Below the pieces are notes generated by a model. That model saw only the letters and a list, made by a program, of their open reading frames with translations, ran no database searches and was not told the DNA's origin. DNA of 64,000 nucleotides from an uncultured Ruficoccus sp. (lineage in GTDB: Bacteria > Verrucomicrobiota > Verrucomicrobiia > Opitutales > Cerasicoccaceae). Where the stretch lies: positions 32,001 to 96,000 of the forward strand of contig OZ223497.1 in assembly GCA_965140785.1 (NCBI GenBank). Reading direction: 5' to 3'. Position 1 is the first letter of the stretch. Every line of letters begins with the position of its first letter. Below are positions 39,931 through 48,638 of the stretch, piece after piece. The translations under genes were made by a program, and so were the position numbers.

Positions 39931-40605
39931 GCTTCGTCTGATTTTTCTCTGAGTGCGGAAGGGATTCGTCAGTTGGAGCAAAGTCTGTCCTATTACTTCA
40001 AAAAGAAGGATTGGGGCCATGGCTGTCGTATCAGTCATCGTTCGCAGCCAAACGAGCACTGGTTCTTAGTCAGCCATGGTGAGCGCTATAAGCGACAGGC
40101 GACATGGGAAGAGGGTCGGATGGGTACAATTGGCTTCCGGCCTGAGCGGTATGACCTCATCATCTACGATGCCCTGACGGAGGAATTGTGCGTCAATGCG
40201 CAGACGCCTACGCAGCGCGAGCACTACCGAAAGCTGTTTGGTTTCTATCTCTTCGGGCAGGAGAACTACTTCCCGGGTCGCAGCAAATATACGCTTGAGC
40301 CTCTGCTACGGGACGGTGCGACGGCCTTGTTTACAGGCGACATCCCCGAGATCGAGTCGGTCCGTCTGAGCGAATTGAGCTATGTGATTGATGGAAATTA
40401 TGAGGAGGTCGTCACCCATAAGGCGTATGATGTCTTTGCCTCAATGGAACAGCACCGAGAGCACATTCCACCAGGTGCCCGTTTGTTGAAAGCGACCTTC
40501 AAGTTGCGTTATACTGGTCACTCGAAAGAGCGTACACTGACGCTGAAACCATCCAACGTGGCGCTATACACCCGAGACGGTGACGGCCCTATATTGGATG
40601 GCTGA
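39496..40605 (+). CDS. Module gene A: hypothetical protein resembling those of integrative/prophage-like elements; possible terminal frameshift
   Basis: 369 aa; RPERYD, KYTLEPL, PSNVA motifs; a shifted frame continues WLKRREFV. Confidence 0.75.
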   Translation: MSVFHHRRFSRPEVLASIRPELLRRFLTPYQSYFHGGGFDMKCLNHRAGPVELTHLSDVLMTTESGIPPEVANALYAVHEVAVEENTELLEMLASSEEVPLEPDSTLLELALSLWMSAPKALKWVHQHQSCERKRSFEYFSTAGDASSDFSLSAEGIRQLEQSLSYYFKKKDWGHGCRISHRSQPNEHWFLVSHGERYKRQATWEEGRMGTIGFRPERYDLIIYDALTEELCVNAQTPTQREHYRKLFGFYLFGQENYFPGRSKYTLEPLLRDGATALFTGDIPEIESVRLSELSYVIDGNYEEVVTHKAYDVFASMEQHREHIPPGARLLKATFKLRYTGHSKERTLTLKPSNVALYTRDGDGPILDG

Positions 40606-40644
40606 AGCGGCGGGAATTTGTAGTTCGAGACCGGGTGAAGGGGC

Positions 40645-41688
40645 ATGAGCAGAGTGAGTATGTTCTGGCGGTCGGTTGAGGACATTGGTTCCGGGGCACG
40701 GGACGCCGCGCTGCAACGCTATCTGAGCAAAAGCTACGAGCAGATTCGCCCGTACCTGATGCCGTGTGCTGACTTGACGAGGCACATCGCTTGTGAGCGA
40801 ACGAGGGAGGGGCATTACTGCAAATACCGGATTGCGGATGTGCCAGAGGAGGACGGGACCTACGCCGCGATGTGCGATGAGCATTTCTGTCCGACTAAAT
40901 TCTACAGCCGCGAGGAGTTGGTCCGTTACACTATCAATCCGCAGATACTGCTTCCGGCCATCGCTCGATGTCTGGGGTTGCATCCGCAGATCAGTTCCAT
41001 CGTGGATGACGTATGGAGCCTGGGGCAAGTTCCGGGAACACCGACCGTGGCTCCGGTCTTGTTTACGCGAGTCAAGGATGCGTGTGCCATGCGGCGGGTC
41101 CTCCAGTCACTGATCGTTGAGGAAATCTCTCGCTTCGTTCTGGTGACGCCGACGGCCCGTTATTGTGTGGGAGGGCATCGTGCGTCTTTGCTATCGCGAT
41201 TTGAAGGGCAGATTCTCCCTTTGGAGGAGGTCACGGAGATGAAAGGCCACGAACCTGTTCTGACCGAAGCCGGAGGGGTACGCTGGCAAAAGGTAAAGGA
41301 ACTCGTCGGAGGGGCGACCGTGCTTGGAGCCACATTCCCGACGCCGCCGGGTGCGGATTGGCACGATCTCACCCTCGTGTTTCGAGACGGCCACACGGTG
41401 ACGGCCTCCATCGGCTCAGTCCGGGAGATTTACACGTTTCAGGACATGGGGATGGTGAACCGAAACACTCTCACCCCTGACGAGCAGTGGCAATTGCTCT
41501 ACCACTTTGCCGAAGAGATGGGCGTATTTACGTGGAGAAGCCAGCACGCCGATCATCGTAACAAGAAGCGCAAAGGGCGCTTGGCTTCGCGTCTGAGAGC
41601 GTTCTTTGGGATTCTTGGTAATCCCTTCGCTTACCGCAGGGAAGATGGCGGCTGGGAAGCTGTTTTTAACATTCGTATCGAATCATAA
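40645..41688 (+). CDS. Module gene B: hypothetical protein with Cys/His cluster and C-terminal OmpR-like wHTH-type tail
   Basis: 347 aa; CERT..HYC..MCDEHFC; FPTPPGADWHDL; RLASRLRAFFG..Y..GW. Confidence 0.7.
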   Translation: MSRVSMFWRSVEDIGSGARDAALQRYLSKSYEQIRPYLMPCADLTRHIACERTREGHYCKYRIADVPEEDGTYAAMCDEHFCPTKFYSREELVRYTINPQILLPAIARCLGLHPQISSIVDDVWSLGQVPGTPTVAPVLFTRVKDACAMRRVLQSLIVEEISRFVLVTPTARYCVGGHRASLLSRFEGQILPLEEVTEMKGHEPVLTEAGGVRWQKVKELVGGATVLGATFPTPPGADWHDLTLVFRDGHTVTASIGSVREIYTFQDMGMVNRNTLTPDEQWQLLYHFAEEMGVFTWRSQHADHRNKKRKGRLASRLRAFFGILGNPFAYRREDGGWEAVFNIRIES

Positions 41689-41703
41689 TCAAAGAACAGA
41701 AAC

Positions 41704-42081
41704 ATGGACATAGACAAGGAACTGAAACGCATCGCACAAGAGAAGAAGAATCTGCAAAAGCAGAGACAACAACTGCTTGAGCAGAAGAGAACGCGGAAGG
41801 CTGCTCTCTCCAAGCTTAGCACGCTCGTTAAACAGAGCGGTTTTGAAACGCCGAAGGCACTTATGGAGGCCTTGATTGAAATGTACGGCATTGAACTGAA
41901 CCGAGGGCGTAGTGCGGCCCCTGCCAAACAACGCAAACATACCAAAATGACGGCTGAGTTGCGCGACCAGATTCGGGCGATGCTGAATGACCGGTCCATG
42001 AACCAGGTTTCGAAGGAATTACAGATCAGCTATGCTGTCATCGCGAAGGTGTCCAACGGCGCTTACGACAAGCTCCAGTGA
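41704..42081 (+). CDS. Module gene C: small basic coiled-coil plus HTH DNA-binding protein (H-NS/MvaT-like architecture)
   Basis: N-terminal heptad coiled coil, K/R-rich linker, MNQVSKELQISYAVIAKV HTH. Confidence 0.75.
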   Translation: MDIDKELKRIAQEKKNLQKQRQQLLEQKRTRKAALSKLSTLVKQSGFETPKALMEALIEMYGIELNRGRSAAPAKQRKHTKMTAELRDQIRAMLNDRSMNQVSKELQISYAVIAKVSNGAYDKLQ

Positions 42082-42505
42082 TGGACACTTGATTGGTGAA
42101 ACTTGGGGGGCGGGGTAGGGGTGTGCCATTATTGCACGGTCCGGGTGTTGGAGTCCTCCAGTGTCGATCCCTCGTGTCCGGAACAGTTCCGTGTTAGAGT
42201 TCTCCTGTGTCGCACCCGCGTGTCCGAAATCGGGCTGTTTGCGCTATTTTAGCCTAAACCATCTCTTATGAAACATGACATGTGTCATCTGTGAGTTATA
42301 GCGTCGGGTTCTATAACTCATGGCAGAGAGCTTCCAGTCGGTTAACTACCTGAAATTTACCTATCGGTCAGAGGATATTGTCCCTTCCGAGAAGCTTTTC
42401 TCCTGCTGGTTGGTGCTTGTTTGGAGCAGGCCGCGCTCAGAACTCATATCTGCGCCGCTTAGTCGTAGCCATTGCTTATGAAGCAATTCGAGGAAGCGGC
42501 ATTGT

Positions 42506-43267
42506 TCAGGCCCGATAGCGCTGAGTCATTTCCTGATAGGGGAAATGCTTGCCGGGGCAGAGGGTGTGGCGAGGCCCATCGACCCATTTGTGGACGGTAA
42601 AGGTGTAGTCGGAAGCAACGCAGTTTTTCTGTAAGTAATCCACTAACTGGATAAAGGACGCATGCTGGCGTTCGGTGGGCGGATGGTTTTCGAAGTTGCC
42701 CACCAGGCAGATGCCAATTCCGACATCGTTGACGTGGGAGTCGCGGACGTGACCACCCCGCAATTGCTTGTACCAGCGCGGGCCGATTTCGATCTCGCCG
42801 TCGCCGGAGTCGATGCCGTTGCCGATGACGAAATGATAAGCCAGTCCGTTTTCCATCCCCCGTCGCTCATGCGCGGCACCGTAGATAGCGGCGTTACCCT
42901 GTTCGATCGCGCTGTGGTGCCCCACAATGTATTGCCAGCGGGAGCGGTTCACCGAGAGCTTTTGTGTTGCCGCGATGACCGGGGCCATCGCATCGGTCTG
43001 TTTGTTGGCATCACCCGGGATGACGAGCGACTGTCCGGCCAGAATCCGGTCCCCGCTCAGGCTATTGGCTCGCTGGATGTCGCGTACACGGACCCCAAAA
43101 CGCTGGGCGATCCCACTCAAGGTGTCGCCGCGCTGGACGCGGTACGTTCGCTGGGACGAGCTTGCCCCCAGCAGGCTGGCGGGAATGATCAGCGCCGCTC
43201 CGACTCCGAGTGCCCACTTCAGAAAATGGCGACGCGAGGAAATAGGCGTTGGAGAAGGTAATCTCAT
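42506..43267 (-). CDS. Tat-exported LysM plus N-acetylmuramoyl-L-alanine amidase (Amidase_2)
   Basis: SRRHFLK Tat motif; YRVQRGDTLSGIA LysM; HHS, YHFVIGNG, GIGICLVGNF, CPG. Confidence 0.88.
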   Translation of the reverse strand: MRLPSPTPISSRRHFLKWALGVGAALIIPASLLGASSSQRTYRVQRGDTLSGIAQRFGVRVRDIQRANSLSGDRILAGQSLVIPGDANKQTDAMAPVIAATQKLSVNRSRWQYIVGHHSAIEQGNAAIYGAAHERRGMENGLAYHFVIGNGIDSGDGEIEIGPRWYKQLRGGHVRDSHVNDVGIGICLVGNFENHPPTERQHASFIQLVDYLQKNCVASDYTFTVHKWVDGPRHTLCPGKHFPYQEMTQRYRA

Positions 43268-43422
43268 GCGGAGGCCGAATTAGGTGCAATACGGATGCCT
43301 ATTATCTTTTTAATGTCAAGCAGGCGGCCACCAATCCTGCTGGGAGGAGAGGTGTCCCTACGAAACAGGCCGGGGAAATCGGGCCCCGGCCTGTACGAAT
43401 ATATCTGTTGGCTGGCGGTTTT

Positions 43423-45735
43423 TTACCGGGCAGCTTCTGCCGGGGCGAACTGTTCGCGCAGGGCGTGGGCGGCCTCAACCATATGGGTGAGGGAGGGGAT
43501 AACCTCGGTCCATTGGCGGGTTTTCAGGCCGCAGTCGGGGTTGACCCAGAGACGCTCGACGGGGATGCGCTCGGCCGCCTTTTGCATCAGCTTTACCATG
43601 TGCTCGACGGTGGGAATGTTGGGCGAGTGGATGTCGTACACGCCGGGCCCGATCTCGTTCGGGTACTTGAAGTGGTCGAAGGCATCGAGCAGCTCCATGT
43701 CGGAGCGCGAAGTCTCGATCGTGATGACGTCGGCGTCCATCGCGGCGATAGAAGCGATGATGTCGTTGAACTCCGAGTAGCACATGTGGGTGTGAAGCTG
43801 CGTCTCGTCGGCTACGCCATTGCCGGTGATGCGGAACGCCTCGACCGCCCAGTCCAGGTACTTCTGCCACTGGGATCGGCGCAACGGCAGGCCCTCGCGC
43901 AGGGCGGCTTCGTCGATCTGGATGACGCGTATGCCCGCCTTCTCCAGATCGAGGACCTCCTCACGAATGGCCAGGGCGAGCTGGCGGCACGAGACCGAGC
44001 GCGGCTGGTCGTCGCGGACGAAGGACCAGTTCAGGATCGTGACCGGGCCGGTCAGCATACCCTTCATCGGTTTGTCGGTCAGCGATTGCGCGTAAGTAAT
44101 CCACTCGACGGTCATGGGCTTGGGGCGGCTGATGTCACCGAAGAGAATGGGAGGCTTTACGCAACGCGAGCCGTAGGACTGGACCCAGCCAAACTCACTA
44201 AAAGCGTAGCCCTCCAGTTGCTCTCCGAAGTACTCCACCATGTCGTTGCGTTCCGGTTCGCCGTGAACCAGCACGTCCAGCCCTAGCCGTTCCTGCTGCC
44301 AGACGCACTGGGCAATCTCCTTGCGCATGGTCTCCCGATAGGAGGCGGCGTCGAGCTTACCGTTTTTAAAAGCGCTGCGCGTCTGGCGGATTTCTTTGGT
44401 CTGCGGAAAGGAGCCGATGGTCGTGGTCGGGAAGAGCGGCAGCTTCAGCCGCGGGCGCTGCTTTTCAGCACGCTGCGGGTAGGGGCTCTGGCGCTCGCCC
44501 AGGCGGGCGTCGATTTTTCTGAGAGCAGCCTGCACGGCGGGATTGTGGACGCGGGGAGATTGACGACGGGAGGCGATGGCGGCGGCGTTGGCGTTGAGTT
44601 CCGCATGGACGGCGGCGCGGCCTTCGTTGAGCGCAACGGACAGGACAAGCAACTCGTCCAGCTTCTGCCTGGCGAAGGCGAGCCAGGATTTGATCTCAGG
44701 ATCGAGCTTTACCTCGCTTTCCAGATCGACGGGCACGTGCAGCAGCGAGCACGAGGGCGCGAGCCAGAGGCGGTTGCCCAAGCGGCGTGACAGCGGCTCC
44801 AGCCAGTCGAGGGCGGCGTTGAGATCAGTTTTCCAGATGTTGCGCCCGTTGATCACGCCGAGCGAAACAACGCGGTTGGCGGGAAGCTTTTCGATCAGCA
44901 CTTCGACTTCGTCGCGGGCGTTGATGGCGTCCAGGTGAACGCCCTGAACGGGCAGCTTTGCCACCAACGGCAGGTTCTCTTTCAGTTGCCCGAAGTAGGT
45001 TGCCAGGAGCAGCTTGACGGACCCTGTATTCAATGTCTGATACGCGGTTTGGAGCGCATTCTGCCAGTTTGCGTCCAGTTCGGTCACGAGCGCGGACTCG
45101 TCGATCTGCACCCACTCGACGCCCTGGGCGGCCAGTTCTTTTAGCAACTGACGGTAAACGAGCAGCAGCGAGGGCAGCAGGGAGAGCTTGTTTGTCTCGT
45201 CCTTGGATTTGCCGAGAATGAGGTAGGTGACTGGGCCGATGATGACAGGCTTGGCCGGGACGCCCTGGGCGCGGGCCTCGGCGAGTTGCTCCAGCAGGCG
45301 GGAGGCGTCGAGTTTGAAGGCCGTCTGTGCGTCGAATTCAGGCACGATGAAGTGGTAGTTCGTGTCAAACCACTTGGTCATCTCCCCGGCGGCCACACCA
45401 CCGCAGCCGCAGGACTCGGACTCCGCGCTTTGTGACGAGCGGCCACGGGCCACCCGGAAGTAGTTGTCCAGCGGATCGCCCTTGAAATCCCGCACGCGAT
45501 CGGGCAGGTTGCCGAGCGTGACGCTCATGTCGAGCATCTGGTCGTAAAAAGAGAAGTCGCCCACCGGGACGAAGTCGAGCCCGGTCTGGTCCTGCCAGTG
45601 CAGTTGGCGCAGGTGTGAGCCCGCCGCCTTGAGCTCGTCCCGGGGGGCTTGCCCCTTCCAGTAGGATTCGAGGGCGAATTTCAGTTCGCGCTTCGCGCCG
45701 ATACGCGGGAAGCCGAGATTGTGTGTGATGGCCAT
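43423..45735 (-). CDS. metE: Cobalamin-independent methionine synthase
   Basis: [55 protein letters not shown]. Confidence 0.98.
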   Translation of the reverse strand: MAITHNLGFPRIGAKRELKFALESYWKGQAPRDELKAAGSHLRQLHWQDQTGLDFVPVGDFSFYDQMLDMSVTLGNLPDRVRDFKGDPLDNYFRVARGRSSQSAESESCGCGGVAAGEMTKWFDTNYHFIVPEFDAQTAFKLDASRLLEQLAEARAQGVPAKPVIIGPVTYLILGKSKDETNKLSLLPSLLLVYRQLLKELAAQGVEWVQIDESALVTELDANWQNALQTAYQTLNTGSVKLLLATYFGQLKENLPLVAKLPVQGVHLDAINARDEVEVLIEKLPANRVVSLGVINGRNIWKTDLNAALDWLEPLSRRLGNRLWLAPSCSLLHVPVDLESEVKLDPEIKSWLAFARQKLDELLVLSVALNEGRAAVHAELNANAAAIASRRQSPRVHNPAVQAALRKIDARLGERQSPYPQRAEKQRPRLKLPLFPTTTIGSFPQTKEIRQTRSAFKNGKLDAASYRETMRKEIAQCVWQQERLGLDVLVHGEPERNDMVEYFGEQLEGYAFSEFGWVQSYGSRCVKPPILFGDISRPKPMTVEWITYAQSLTDKPMKGMLTGPVTILNWSFVRDDQPRSVSCRQLALAIREEVLDLEKAGIRVIQIDEAALREGLPLRRSQWQKYLDWAVEAFRITGNGVADETQLHTHMCYSEFNDIIASIAAMDADVITIETSRSDMELLDAFDHFKYPNEIGPGVYDIHSPNIPTVEHMVKLMQKAAERIPVERLWVNPDCGLKTRQWTEVIPSLTHMVEAAHALREQFAPAEAAR

Positions 45736-45818
45736 TGGTTCGTTATACTTTCGGGTTATGGTGTGCCCCGATAATACCAGCTTGAGTCCATGAAGTAAAA
45801 TGGTATGTTTTCACGTAT

Positions 45819-45837
45819 CCATGAGATTTGCTCATGG
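45819..45837. promoter_or_regulatory. MetR-type LysR box
   Basis: CCATGAG-ATTTG-CTCATGG dyad with TGA-N7-TCA (T-N11-A) core between divergent metE and metR. Confidence 0.7.
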
Positions 45838-45849
45838 GTAAATCCCGCC

Positions 45850-46761
45850 ATGATCGAACGCATCCATCTGGAAATCCTGCGCGCCGTCGAGGAACACGGC
45901 TCCCTCACCGCCGCTTCAAAAAAACTCCACCTGACGCAGTCCGCGCTCAGCCACAGCATGCGGAAACTGGAGGAGCAGCTGGGCGTCCAGGTCTGGCTGC
46001 GCGAGGGCCGCACACTGCGCCCAACGCAGGCGGGCGAGTACCTGCTGGCTATGGCGAACCGCCTCGTGCCACAGTTGGAGCACGCCGAGCAGCGCCTGCG
46101 GCAGTTCGCACAAGGAGAGCGCGGTACACTGCGCATCGGGATGGAGTGCCACCCCTGCTACCAGTGGCTGCTCAAGGTCGCCTCGCCCTTTCTCGCAGCC
46201 TGGCCCGGCGTCGATATGGACGTGATCCAGAAGTTCAAGTTTGGGGGTATCGGCGCGCTCTTCGGCTATGAGATCGACATACTCGTCACCCCCGACCCGC
46301 TCTATAAAACCGGGCTCACCTTTGAGCCGGTTTTTGATTATGAGCAGGTGCTCGTCGTCGGCGACGATCATCCGCTGTGTCGTGCTCGCTACGCCAAGCC
46401 CGAGCAACTCTCCGGCGAGGTTCTTATCACTTATCCAGTGCCCGCCGACCGGCTGGACGTTTTCACGCGCTTCCTTACGCCCGCCGGGATCAGCCCGCGC
46501 CAGCACAAGCTGATTGAAACGACCGACATCATGCTCCAGATGGTGGCCAGTGGACGGGGTGTTGCCGCCCTCCCTCGCTGGCTGGTCGAGGAGTACCGCT
46601 CGCGCTTCCCGGTTCACCCGGTGCGCTTGGGTAAAGGCGGCGTGCAAAAGCAAATCTTTCTCGGTATTCGCGAGGCCGACGCCGATATCGACTATATCCG
46701 GGCATTTCTGGAGATGGCTCGCAGCCATGCCAAAGACGCCTTCAAGCGTACTCGCAAGTAA
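45850..46761 (+). CDS. metR: LysR-family methionine regulator
   Basis: LHLTQSALSH HTH, GMECHPCYQWL, LITYPV..RLDVF; divergent from metE. Confidence 0.9.
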   Translation: MIERIHLEILRAVEEHGSLTAASKKLHLTQSALSHSMRKLEEQLGVQVWLREGRTLRPTQAGEYLLAMANRLVPQLEHAEQRLRQFAQGERGTLRIGMECHPCYQWLLKVASPFLAAWPGVDMDVIQKFKFGGIGALFGYEIDILVTPDPLYKTGLTFEPVFDYEQVLVVGDDHPLCRARYAKPEQLSGEVLITYPVPADRLDVFTRFLTPAGISPRQHKLIETTDIMLQMVASGRGVAALPRWLVEEYRSRFPVHPVRLGKGGVQKQIFLGIREADADIDYIRAFLEMARSHAKDAFKRTRK

Positions 46762-46789
46762 CCACCTCGCACTGTTCCCGTTATTGCGG

Positions 46790-47080
46790 TTACAATGTGT
46801 CTTCGTTGTTATCGTGATTTCCCGGATCGCGTTCTGCCGCGTCACTGGCTTCCTTGGCCAATACTCGCAGGCACTGCTGGCACAGGCAGTCCGGGTACAG
46901 CTCTTTGACCCAGGGGGGGAGCCCGTGAGGCATGAGCACCTGCGAGCACTGGCATTGGGTGATGTTACCCGACTTGCACTCGAAGGTGCGACCGCAGCGT
47001 GGACAGCGCTTGATCTCGTACTTATGAAGCGCAGCCCGTACGTGATCCCAGTCGGGCTGATGTCGGGCCTCGGTGTCCAT
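46790..47080 (-). CDS. Cysteine-rich CWC-family small protein
   Basis: CPRCGRTFEC, CQC, DCLCQQCL. Confidence 0.75.
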   Translation of the reverse strand: MDTEARHQPDWDHVRAALHKYEIKRCPRCGRTFECKSGNITQCQCSQVLMPHGLPPWVKELYPDCLCQQCLRVLAKEASDAAERDPGNHDNNEDTL

Positions 47081-47411
47081 GGTTACCTGCGCATGTGATG
47101 CATTAATCGCATAAGCTGGAGTTGTTTGGTATAAAAAAATACTAATATTGGATTTTATATATCTATTGCGGGTTGACCTGGCGGCACTAGCGGAGATTAA
47201 TAATTCTTTATTGGCATAATTGTGCCATTAGGTCAACTAAGCAAAGTGCATCGCACCAGTCATTAGTAGATGCGGGCAAGTTGATGACGCGTACTGCTCA
47301 TATTGGAACGATCAGCACGCGTTGACGGCTACTGCCGGTTTCGAACAGCGGGTGCTCGCTAGAGGACCGGTGCGGTGCGTCCACCGAACATTATTATCTT
47401 TTAAAACTCCC

Positions 47412-48359
47412 ATGAAAACAAAACCTAGAAAAACACTGGCAAGCCTTGCCCTGGCTGCCATCGCCATATTCACGACATTGTCCCTGCGCGCAGGGTTTGA
47501 AAGCCTGCCTGCGACCAGTGGCTACGCGCAGCTACAGAACGCGGGCGTCGGCATGAACTTCTCCACGGTCGGCTCGCCTGGTAACAGCGCGAACCCGAAC
47601 TCGTTTCAAAGCAAGTTTGGCGATGTCAGCTACAGCTACAGCATGGGCCAGACCGAGGTAACCTGGGGGCAGTTTGCCGTTTTCCTGAATGCGACTGGCT
47701 ACGATGCCTACATGTTTCAGAGTAGCCAGCTGGATAACCTCGGGTTGGTGAAAAACACAGACGGGACCATCACGGTCAAGGATGGATGCACCAATAAGGC
47801 GATGAGCGTTGTCCGCTATGCCGAGGCTCTGGCGTTCGCCAACTGGCTCAGTACAGGTAAGGTCGATACTGAGGGGGCCTTTCGCCTGCCGACTGCGGAC
47901 GAGTGGTACAAGGCTGCCTACTATGATGCGAACCGTTATGGTGAGGGCCAGGGCGGCTACTGGCTTTATGGAACCGGCAAGGATGTTCTTTCGCCCGACG
48001 ATGCGACTTACGGTTTTACCAGTGGCATCCTGTCTCCAGATAGCTCACAGTGGCCGGAAGCCACCGATGGCGCGCAAAATACCTACGGGCTCTATGGGAT
48101 GACCGGAACGGTAGAAGAGTGGACTTCGACGGAGCACAGCTCCAATCGCTACTATGCGCTGGGCGGCTCCTGGGGGCAGTCAGGTGATTATCTGGATAAT
48201 TCACGCGTGAACAACCTGCGGAACACCACTGCCAACACCAAACTGGGCTTCCGTGTGAGCACTGACATCCTCGTTCCTGAGCCGGGAACTTACGCGTTGA
48301 TTCTCGGGGCGCTGATGCTGCCCTTCGTGATTCGTCGTTTTCGCCATAAGCGTAACTAA
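47412..48359 (+). CDS. PEP-CTERM protein with FGE-sulfatase (SUMF1)-like domain
   Basis: Signal peptide; TEVTW, FRLPTADEWYKAA, GMTGTVEEW, GGSW, GFRV; VPEPGTYAL plus TM plus RR tail. Confidence 0.88.
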   Translation: MKTKPRKTLASLALAAIAIFTTLSLRAGFESLPATSGYAQLQNAGVGMNFSTVGSPGNSANPNSFQSKFGDVSYSYSMGQTEVTWGQFAVFLNATGYDAYMFQSSQLDNLGLVKNTDGTITVKDGCTNKAMSVVRYAEALAFANWLSTGKVDTEGAFRLPTADEWYKAAYYDANRYGEGQGGYWLYGTGKDVLSPDDATYGFTSGILSPDSSQWPEATDGAQNTYGLYGMTGTVEEWTSTEHSSNRYYALGGSWGQSGDYLDNSRVNNLRNTTANTKLGFRVSTDILVPEPGTYALILGALMLPFVIRRFRHKRN

Positions 48360-48375
48360 GTGCGATAAACCCTGG

Positions 48376-48409
48376 TTGCTTCCGGCAGGCTTGTTCTGCC
48401 GGGAGCGAT
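48376..48409 (+). terminator. Hairpin after PEP-CTERM gene
   Basis: GTTGCTTCCGGCAG-loop-CTGCCGGGAGCGAT; weak U tract. Confidence 0.4.
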
Positions 48410-48457
48410 TACGGGGCCGCAGGTACGAATTTTCTGGGCTTTATGCGACTTTGGAAT

Positions 48458-48628
48458 CGTGGTGCTACGCCGACCAAACAGCGTAGACGCACCAAGATGA
48501 CGGCTGAGTTGTGCGACCAGACTCGGGCGATGCTGAATGACTAGTCCATTAACCAGGTTTCGAAGGAGTTACAGATCAGCTACGCCGTCATCGCCAAGGT
48601 GTCCAACGGGGCCTACGACAAGCTTTAG
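48458..48628 (+). pseudogene. 3' remnant of module gene C
   Basis: Aligns with ~41908-42081; CGG to TAG at 48542-48544. Confidence 0.85.
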
Positions 48629-48638
48629 TCGGCTGCGG

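Noticed and set aside
1633..44286. Many long antisense or alternate-frame ORFs (e.g. 1633..2751, 5868..6968, 8846..9880, 22574..23467, 43249..44286)
   Set aside because: Shadow ORFs of high-GC genes with no recognisable motifs
47212..47227. Sigma-54 promoter TGGCATAATTGTGC
   Set aside because: GG-GC spacing is one base short of -24/-12 on both strands; it is simply a TGGCA-N6-TGCCA dyad
47240..47385. Lysine or cobalamin riboswitch
   Set aside because: Only superficial resemblance (ACTGCC...CGCTA); too short for the lysine aptamer and lacks B12-box motifs
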